DNA of 41,424 nucleotides, taken from the NCBI GenBank assembly GCA_029065825.1, contig JAIEHQ010000066.1:1-41424 (forward strand), in the 5' to 3' direction. Origin of the DNA: Alistipes sp. Its GTDB lineage: Bacteria > Bacteroidota > Bacteroidia > Bacteroidales > Rikenellaceae. Numbering within the stretch: position 1 is the stretch's first letter; the number at the start of each line of letters is the position of its first letter. This document shows, one piece after another, positions 36,101 to 41,424 of the stretch. Below the pieces are notes generated by a model that saw only the letters and a list, made by a program, of their open reading frames with translations, searched no databases and was not told the DNA's origin. The position numbers and the translations under genes are program-made.

Positions 36101-36510
36101 TCGGCCAGCGCCTCGGGGTAGGTGCAGACGATCGTATAGCCGTCCGCACCGGCCGCCGCACGGCGCAGCGCTCCGAGCGCCGCCGTCCGCAGCACCACCC
36201 CCTGAGGATCCTCCGTGCCGTAAACGATCGAGCGCTTGTAGGAGGAGGGGAAGAAATAGACGCGCGCCGGATCGAGCAGCGCATAGAAGTCGTTGAGCAG
36301 ATAGGCCGCCGCATCGCGGTCTTCGGCCACGAAAAGGTGCACGCCCCCCGCCCGGGCCGCGAGCGCGGCGGCATAGACGGAGAAGGCGCCGCCGACCAGA
36401 TCCTTCAGATGCACGGTCCGGCTGCCGGAGTCATACGCCCGGCGCAGCTCGCCGGAGCACGCTCCGGCGGCCGCGAGCTGCAAAATATCGGTTTTTTCTA
36501 CGCGAGCCAT
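33172..36510 (-). CDS. mfd: Transcription-repair coupling factor
   Basis: UvrB-like N-terminus (PGQYSIRGGIFD), CarD-like GDYVVHIDHGVGRF, GDVGFGKT, DEEQKFG, TATPIPR, QLRGRVGR, DLDIRGAG, TRCF tail. Confidence 0.97.
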   Translation of the reverse strand: MARVEKTDILQLAAAGACSGELRRAYDSGSRTVHLKDLVGGAFSVYAAALAARAGGVHLFVAEDRDAAAYLLNDFYALLDPARVYFFPSSYKRSIVYGTEDPQGVVLRTAALGALRRAAAGADGYTIVCTYPEALAERVADPDAMRRRTVRVGVGDQLAPDALEQRLIEMGFSRVDFVYEPGQYSIRGGIFDLFSFSESKPFRLDFFGDTVDSIRRFEISSQLSSERLDRVEVLPNLNGFAEERITLPAFAGEDGLFWFFDPDYALRRVNDLRRKALAEMEEPAEIDRYLASRNTLLRDMEGMRLFSLRDSLRERPADGAVLFRTAPQPKFNKNFELLADDMTSMAQRGYKTYVLSENRAQLERLENIFYQSGRREVRIEPLALTLHEGFVDHDLKSCFYTDHQIFDRYQRYRINGEIKRDEQMTVAELNQLRPGDYVVHIDHGVGRFGGLVKINENGKVHEAIKLVYKDNDVLFVHVHALHRISRYKSGEGEPPKIYKLGNGAWQKLKTATKKAVKDISRELIALYAKRKASKGFAFSPDGYLQQQLEASFMWEDTPDQQSATQAVKRDMESDEPMDRLVCGDVGFGKTEVAIRAAFKAATDGKQVAVLVPTTILALQHYRSFMQRLRDFPVKVEYLNRTKSSKETARILAELAEGRIDILIGTHKILGKQVRFHDLGLLIIDEEQKFGVAAKEKLTQLSVSVDTLTLTATPIPRTLQFSLMGSRDLSVIATPPPNRQPIVTESHVFSEELVRDAVNAELARGGQVYFVHNRVDDLHALQGMITRLCPGARVATGHGKMPAEQLEKLVMDFIYGEFDVLISTTIVENGIDVPNANTIIIDDAQNYGLSDLHQLRGRVGRGSQRGYCYLLSPGDELLTSDARRRLRAIEEFSDLGSGFNIAMQDLDIRGAGNLLGAEQSGFIADIGFETYQKIMQEAIAELRAEGLEMPGMGDAEQGVMDKMSYISDSVIEIDAEAELPDSYVRQPAEKLRLYRELDATRDEAGLEAFAAKLVDRFGPLPPAAVQLLDAVRLRREAVRLGMERVKVKNGLMIVQFVGDDRSPYYKSEVFMELLRKVTQRPDRFVLKQHNNRLAMTVRGVGNVSEACRTLREL

Positions 36511-36532
36511 CGTTTTTCAGAGGTTGCGATCC

Positions 36533-36576
36533 AAAAAAACGCCTCGCGGAACGCAGTGTTCCCCAAGGCCGTTTTT
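36533..36576 (-). terminator. Probable terminator after rng
   Basis: Minus strand GCCTTGGGGAAC-ACTGC-GTTCCGCGAGGC-GTTTTTTT (one mismatch, one G.U pair). Confidence 0.6.
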
Positions 36577-36594
36577 CGATCCGTCGTCCGACTC

Positions 36595-38145
36595 TTATTT
36601 CTTATAGAGATCCTTGCCGTTCTTGTCGTAATAACGCACATCGACGATGCCGACGCTCTGGTCGGCGACGATCTTCAGGCGCACCTTGTACTTCCACTCC
36701 CAGCGGCGGCGCAGCGACCAAAGGCCGTGGTTGAGGTAGGAGGAGACGTAGGGGCTGACCTGCAGCTTGATATACTTCTGATGAGCGTCCTGCGACAGAT
36801 AGGAGATCTTGTTCTCTATCTTCTTGTCGAGCAGCACCGTCGGCTCGATCCGTCCGGTGCCGTTGCAGGTGGGGCACACGTCCGTGACATCCTGGACGGC
36901 CACCGGGCGCACCCGCTGGCGGGTGATCTGCATCAGGCCGAATTTGGTCAGGGGCAGCACCGTGTGCTTGGCCTTGTCGGTGGACATCAGCTTGGTCATC
37001 TCCTCGTAGAGCAGCTGCCGATTGGGGGCCTTGTGCATGTCGATGAAGTCGATGATCACGATGCCGCCCAGATCGCGCAGACGCAGCTGGCGGGCGATCT
37101 CTTTCGCGGCGGCCAAGTTCACGTCGAGCGCCGTCTGCTCCTGGTCGTCCTCCGCCTTGGTCCGGTTGCCCGAATTGACATCGATCACGTTCATCGCCTC
37201 CGTGTGCTCGATGATGAGGTAGGCGCCCCGCCGCAGCGACACGTACTTGGCGAAGAGCGACTTGATCTGCTTCGAAATGTCGAAGTTGTCGAAGATGGGC
37301 ACGTTGCCCCGGTAGAGCTTCACGAGCTTCTCGCTCTGAGGCTCGATCACACGAATGTAGTTCTGGATCTCGTGGAACATCGCCTCGTCATCGACGACGA
37401 TCTGCGAGAAGGAGCCGCCCAGCGAGTCCCGGATGATGGTGTTGGCCCGGCTCAGCTCGCTCATAAGCTGTGCGGGAGCCGTCTTCCTGCGGATATTCTG
37501 CAGGGTCTTCTGCCAGCGGTCCAGCAGCGAGCGGATATCCTGCTCGATATCGCTATCCTTCGCCTCGACCGCCGCAGTGCGGATGATCACGCCGAAATTC
37601 TTGGGCAGCACCGCCGCCGCGATCCCCTTGAGCCGCTTCTTCTCCTCGGCAGAACGGATCTTCTGCGAGAGGAACACCTTCGAGGAGAAGGGCACCAGCA
37701 CCACATTGCGCCCGGCGAGCGAGACATCGGCCGTCAGGCGGGGTCCCTTGGTCGAGATGGCCTCCTTCGCCACCTGCACCAGGATGGTCTGTCCGGGCTG
37801 CAGGTAGGAGCCGATCTTTCCCGACTTCTCGATCGCCGGCTCCATCTTCATCGTCTCGACGCGCATGCCGCGCCGCCCGGGCTGGTAGCTGTCCACCAGC
37901 TTCTGCAGCGAAGAGAACTGCGTTCCCAGATCGAGGTAGTGGATGAAGGCATCGCGCTCATGGCCGATATTGACGAACGCGGCGTTCAGCCCCGGCATGA
38001 TCTTGCGCACCTTGCCCAAATAAATATCTCCGACGGCGAAACCCGTCTGACACTGTTCCTTATTGAGTTCGACCAATACCTTGTCCTCGCACAGGGCGAT
38101 CGATATTTCGGTCGGATTTACATTGACTATTAATTCGCGATTCAT
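36595..38145 (-). CDS. rng: Rne/Rng family ribonuclease
   Basis: Start moved to ATG 38145 (MNRELIVNV); S1 domain GDIYLGKV..LNAAFVNIG, KGPRLT, IDVNSG, LRDLGGIVIIDFIDM, CPTCNGTG. Confidence 0.95.
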   Translation of the reverse strand: MNRELIVNVNPTEISIALCEDKVLVELNKEQCQTGFAVGDIYLGKVRKIMPGLNAAFVNIGHERDAFIHYLDLGTQFSSLQKLVDSYQPGRRGMRVETMKMEPAIEKSGKIGSYLQPGQTILVQVAKEAISTKGPRLTADVSLAGRNVVLVPFSSKVFLSQKIRSAEEKKRLKGIAAAVLPKNFGVIIRTAAVEAKDSDIEQDIRSLLDRWQKTLQNIRRKTAPAQLMSELSRANTIIRDSLGGSFSQIVVDDEAMFHEIQNYIRVIEPQSEKLVKLYRGNVPIFDNFDISKQIKSLFAKYVSLRRGAYLIIEHTEAMNVIDVNSGNRTKAEDDQEQTALDVNLAAAKEIARQLRLRDLGGIVIIDFIDMHKAPNRQLLYEEMTKLMSTDKAKHTVLPLTKFGLMQITRQRVRPVAVQDVTDVCPTCNGTGRIEPTVLLDKKIENKISYLSQDAHQKYIKLQVSPYVSSYLNHGLWSLRRRWEWKYKVRLKIVADQSVGIVDVRYYDKNGKDLYKK

Positions 38146-38378
38146 ATATGTTTGCGCACGGCGCGGCACGGAGCGGCGCATGCGGATTCGAATGTTATCG
38201 GGTTACGGGCCGTTTCGTATCGGGGAAGCACGACCCTGCTTCCTTTCGTCTTCATGCCGCCGGCTCCGGCGACGGAATCCGTCCCCGCCCTGCCGACCGG
38301 CTTCGCGGAATCTCCTTCCGGAGCCGCCGCAGCGAGAGCCTGCGGCGTGTCCGACCCCCGCGAAAAGGCCGGAACCGG

Positions 38379-38423
38379 AAAACAGGTAAAGCTAAAAGAG
38401 TCCTGTACCCTTTTAGCTTTATC
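38379..38423 (-). terminator. Hairpin/terminator after the bS22-like gene
   Basis: TAAAGCTAAAAG (38387-38398) pairs with CTTTTAGCTTTA (38410-38421); minus-strand tail CCTGTTTT. Confidence 0.65.
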
Positions 38424-38452
38424 GTTCCCTTCTTTCGCACGGAGCGTGCTAC

Positions 38453-38542
38453 TTACTTTTTCTTGTGACGATTCTTGCGCAGACGTTTTTTACGCTTGTG
38501 AGTCGCCATCTTGTGACGCTTATGTTTCTTTCCGTTCGGCAT
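38453..38542 (-). CDS. Ribosomal protein bS22-like (AURKAIP1/COX24-domain) 29-aa basic protein
   Basis: Hand-translated MPNGKKHKRHKMATHKRKKRLRKNRHKKK-stop; A-rich upstream region; not in the ORF track. Confidence 0.88.
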   Translation of the reverse strand: MPNGKKHKRHKMATHKRKKRLRKNRHKKK

Positions 38543-38573
38543 AACTGTAATTGTTTTGAGATTGTACTTCTAT

Positions 38574-38846
38574 TTATTTAACCTTCGCCGCAAAGCTCTT
38601 TGCAGGCTTGAAAGCCGGAATATTGTGCTCCGGAATCGTGATGGTCGTATTCTTGGAGATGTTACGAGCCACTTTCTTGGCGCGCTTCTTCACGATGAAG
38701 CTGCCGAAACCCCGGAGATACACGTTGTTGTTCGAGGCCAGAGAACCCTTGATGCTCTCCATAAAAGCCTCAACGATAGCCTGAACCTGTACTTTTTCAG
38801 CACCGGTGCTTTTCGCGATTTCGCTGACGATATCTGCCTTTGTCAT
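38574..38846 (-). CDS. hup: HU family DNA-binding protein
   Basis: MTKADIV...VYLRGFGSF.VKKRAKKVARNI..NTTITIPEHNIPAFKPAKSF. Confidence 0.95.
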   Translation of the reverse strand: MTKADIVSEIAKSTGAEKVQVQAIVEAFMESIKGSLASNNNVYLRGFGSFIVKKRAKKVARNISKNTTITIPEHNIPAFKPAKSFAAKVK

Positions 38847-38883
38847 ACTATGATTAATTAAGTTAATACCCTTTTCGGGACTG

Positions 38884-38891
38884 CAAATATA
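38884..38891 (-). promoter_or_regulatory. -7 element for HU-bS22 transcript
   Basis: Plus-strand CAAATATA reads TATATTTG on minus. Confidence 0.7.
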
Positions 38892-39120
38892 AGTTTTATT
38901 CGGTTATCTCACAACAAACTACCAACTTTTTTTATCCGCTGCCGCCGGAGGCCGCCCCAGCCCGGGAGCGTTTCCCTCCAAATACCGCGCCACACCCCGC
39001 GGGCGGGCCGTCCGGGACGCAGACCGACCGCCCGGCCGCAGCGCCCCACGCTGCAGAAAAGTTCCCCCGCCGGCACAATAAATTCCCCGGCACGCGCATT
39101 GTATATAGTGGTAAAACGAC

Positions 39121-39128
39121 TATTTTTG
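39121..39128 (+). promoter_or_regulatory. -7 element for porX
   Basis: TATTTTTG 20 nt before ATG 39149. Confidence 0.6.
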
Positions 39129-39148
39129 TTCCATTAAAACACCGCCAT

Positions 39149-40699
39149 ATGGTCAAGATACTTTGGGTGGACGACGAGATCGATCTGCTGAAACCGCACA
39201 TCCTGTTCCTGCAGGGGAAAGGCTACGAGGTAACCTGCTGCAACAACGGCTACGACGCCATCGACATGGCCACGGAGGAGGATTTCGACCTGATCATCCT
39301 CGACGAGATGATGCCCGGCATGACCGGACTCGAAACCCTGCCGAAAATCAAGGAGGCTCGCCCCACGACCCCCGTCATCATGGTTACCAAGAGCGAGGAG
39401 GAGAACATCATGGACAAGGCCGTCGGCTCGAAAATCGCCGACTACCTCATCAAGCCGGTCAATCCCAACCAGGTGCTGCTCTCGATCAAGAAACACGTCC
39501 ACTCCCGCCAGCTCGTCACCGAGCAGACCTCGGCCGACTACCGGGCCGAGTTCGGGCGCATCTCCTCGTCGCTCCAGATGGCCGACACGTTCGCCGACTG
39601 GTGCAACATCTACCGCCGCATCACCAACTGGGAGATCGAACTGTCGGACTCGACCGATCAGGGCATCAAGGAGATCGTCGCCTTCCAGAAGCAGGAGGCC
39701 AACCAGGAGTTCGGCAAGTTCGTGCGCCGCAACTACGCCGACTGGATCAACCGGCGCGACGAACGCACGCCCATCATGTCGCACACGCTCATGCGCTCGA
39801 AGATCTTTCCGGTGGCGGACACCCACCCCAAGACCACGCTGCTGCTGATCGACAACTTCCGCTACGACCAGTGGCGGGCGATCAGCCCGCTGCTGCGGGG
39901 CCACTACGACGTGGCGGTGGACGACTTCTACTGCGCCATCCTCCCCACGGCGACCCAGTACGCCCGCAACGCCATATTCGCCGGGCTGATGCCGCTGGCC
40001 ATCGACAAGCTCATGCCCGGAAAATGGCTCAACGACAACGAAGAGGGAGGCAAGAACCGCTACGAGGAGGATTTCCTGCGCCGGCAGATGGCCTCCGCCG
40101 GCAAGAGCTACAAGTACACCTTCGACAAGCTGGTCCGCCCCGAGGCGGGCCGCAAGCTGATCGACAACATCCAGCGCATCTACGATGCCGACTTCTCGGT
40201 CATCGTCTATAACTTCCTCGACATCCTCTCGCACGCCCGCACCGAGACGGAGATCATCCGCGAGCTGACCGAAGACGAAGCCTCCTTCCGCTCGCTGACC
40301 CGCTCGTGGTTCGAGCATTCGGACCTGCTCACGCTGCTGCGGCTGCTGGCCCAGCGGGGCCACACGGTGGTCATCACTTCGGATCACGGCACCATCCGCA
40401 TCGACAATCCGGTCAAGGTGACGGGCGACCGGGAGACCTCGCCCAACCTGCGCTACAAAACCGGGCGCAACCTGGCCTACAACCCGCGCGAGGTGTTCGA
40501 AATCACGCGCCCCGAGGAGATCCAGCTCCCGTCGATCAACCTCTCGTCGAGCTACATATTCGCCTCGGGCAGGGACTTCCTGGTGTATAACAACGACGCG
40601 AACCGCTACATACGCTACTACCGCGACACCTTCCAGCACGGAGGCATCTCGATGGAGGAGATGATCGTTCCCTACATCGTGCTGCACCCCAAGAAATAG
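39149..40699 (+). CDS. porX: PorX-type response regulator with PglZ/alkaline-phosphatase-superfamily domain
   Basis: Receiver WVDDE, LDEMMPG, MVTKS, LIKP; PglZ motifs IDNFRYDQW, LPTATQYARN, DILSH, TSDHG, FQHGG; followed by tsaE. Confidence 0.92.
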   Translation: MVKILWVDDEIDLLKPHILFLQGKGYEVTCCNNGYDAIDMATEEDFDLIILDEMMPGMTGLETLPKIKEARPTTPVIMVTKSEEENIMDKAVGSKIADYLIKPVNPNQVLLSIKKHVHSRQLVTEQTSADYRAEFGRISSSLQMADTFADWCNIYRRITNWEIELSDSTDQGIKEIVAFQKQEANQEFGKFVRRNYADWINRRDERTPIMSHTLMRSKIFPVADTHPKTTLLLIDNFRYDQWRAISPLLRGHYDVAVDDFYCAILPTATQYARNAIFAGLMPLAIDKLMPGKWLNDNEEGGKNRYEEDFLRRQMASAGKSYKYTFDKLVRPEAGRKLIDNIQRIYDADFSVIVYNFLDILSHARTETEIIRELTEDEASFRSLTRSWFEHSDLLTLLRLLAQRGHTVVITSDHGTIRIDNPVKVTGDRETSPNLRYKTGRNLAYNPREVFEITRPEEIQLPSINLSSSYIFASGRDFLVYNNDANRYIRYYRDTFQHGGISMEEMIVPYIVLHPKK

Positions 40700-40705
40700 A
40701 GCGAA

Positions 40706-40733
40706 GCGGCGGGTCTGGCGGCCCGCCGCCTTT
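40706..40733 (+). terminator. Weak hairpin/terminator after porX
   Basis: GCGGCGGGT-CTGGCG-GCCCGCCGC-CTTT. Confidence 0.45.
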
Positions 40734-40753
40734 GCATGCAAGCGGAAAACCGC

Positions 40754-40761
40754 TATCTTTG
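40754..40761 (+). promoter_or_regulatory. -7 element for tsaE
   Basis: TATCTTTG 22 nt before ATG 40784. Confidence 0.65.
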
Positions 40762-40783
40762 CACGACACAAAACGACTTACGG

Positions 40784-41200
40784 ATGAAAACTATCCACAT
40801 AGATTCCCGCGGCGACCTGCCCGAAGCGGCGGAGGCGGTGGTCGAGGCCATCGGCGAGCGTTCGGTGGTGGTCTTCCGCGGCGGAATGGGCGCGGGCAAG
40901 ACCACGCTGATCCGCGAGATCGTCGCCCGGCTCGGAGCCGGCGACACGGTAACCAGCCCCACCTTCGCCATCGTCAATCACTATTCGGGGAGCGGAGGCC
41001 GCCCCATCTACCACTTCGACTTCTACCGGATCGACCGCTCGGAGGAGGCCTACGACTTCGGCTACGAGGAGTATTTCTACTCGGGCGACCTCTGCCTGAT
41101 CGAATGGCCCGAGAAGATCGAGGAGCTGCTTCCCGACGGGGTCATGACCGTCCGCATCACGCCGGGCGAGGGCGAGCGGCGGACGATCGAAATCGACTGA
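40784..41200 (+). CDS. tsaE: tRNA t6A biosynthesis ATPase TsaE
   Basis: Start moved to ATG 40784; GGMGAGKTT, VTSPTFAIVN.Y, YHFDFYRI, LIEWPE. Confidence 0.96.
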   Translation: MKTIHIDSRGDLPEAAEAVVEAIGERSVVVFRGGMGAGKTTLIREIVARLGAGDTVTSPTFAIVNHYSGSGGRPIYHFDFYRIDRSEEAYDFGYEEYFYSGDLCLIEWPEKIEELLPDGVMTVRITPGEGERRTIEID

Positions 41201-41282
41201 CGAAGGAGACACCCTTCCGCTCCCGGAACGCCCCGCCGATCGGCCGCACAGGGGATGTCCCGCAGAAACCGTCCGCTGCGGA

Positions 41283-41314
41283 TTTGCACGATTCGGGCGC
41301 AAAAGCTATCTTCG
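41283..41314 (+). promoter_or_regulatory. Putative -33/-7 promoter
   Basis: TTTG (41283-41286), 20-nt spacer, TATCTTCG (41307-41314). Confidence 0.55.
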
Positions 41315-41349
41315 CCGGCGAATTGTGCCACAAAACACACGAAACGACC

Positions 41350-41424
41350 ATGGAAAAATACGAATCGAAACACCAGCAGATACTCCGTTCGGCCGACCAG
41401 ATCTACACGGTCATCAGCCGCTTC
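41350..41424 (+). CDS. 5' end of probable SRPBCC/START-like protein (truncated)
   Basis: MEKYESKHQQILRSADQIYTVISRF; the ES....I..S...IY pattern resembles Bacteroidota SRPBCC N-termini. Only 25 codons visible. Confidence 0.5.
   Translation, partial: MEKYESKHQQILRSADQIYTVISRF

Noticed and set aside
39149-40699. BREX defence system suggested by the PglZ domain
   Set aside because: PglZ is fused to a receiver domain (PorX architecture) and there are no brxC, pglX or brxL neighbours.

Overview
High-GC Bacteroidota chromosome segment, most consistent with Alistipes/Rikenellaceae (TAnnTTTG promoters, A-rich start regions without SD, futalosine-type decarboxylase, typical gene content). Housekeeping content: partial MsbA-like ABC transporter, ileS, dksA-like, rpsU, a ComEA-like HhH protein, MqnL/UbiD-family decarboxylase, methylmalonyl-CoA mutase small and large subunits, a coaX-OMP-TPR-lptC-CNNM-ppiD envelope cluster, mfd, rng, HU, porX, tsaE and a partial SRPBCC-like gene. 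A 29-aa bS22-like ribosomal protein gene is absent from the ORF track. Between dksA and rpsU lies a ~12 kb accessory-looking block: a blaI/blaR1(M56) pair whose sensor has four plug-like repeats, and a tightly packed nine-gene operon (8620-17145, minus strand) of uncharacterised envelope proteins (FlgT-C-like, LPP20-like x3, DUF6175-like, helical-repeat, zinc-ribbon membrane, SPFH-GYF_2, 4-TM). This operon is the best candidate for an undescribed trans-envelope system. I saw no tRNA, rRNA, CRISPR array, integrase or transposase. All family calls come from motif recognition by eye, not from database searches.
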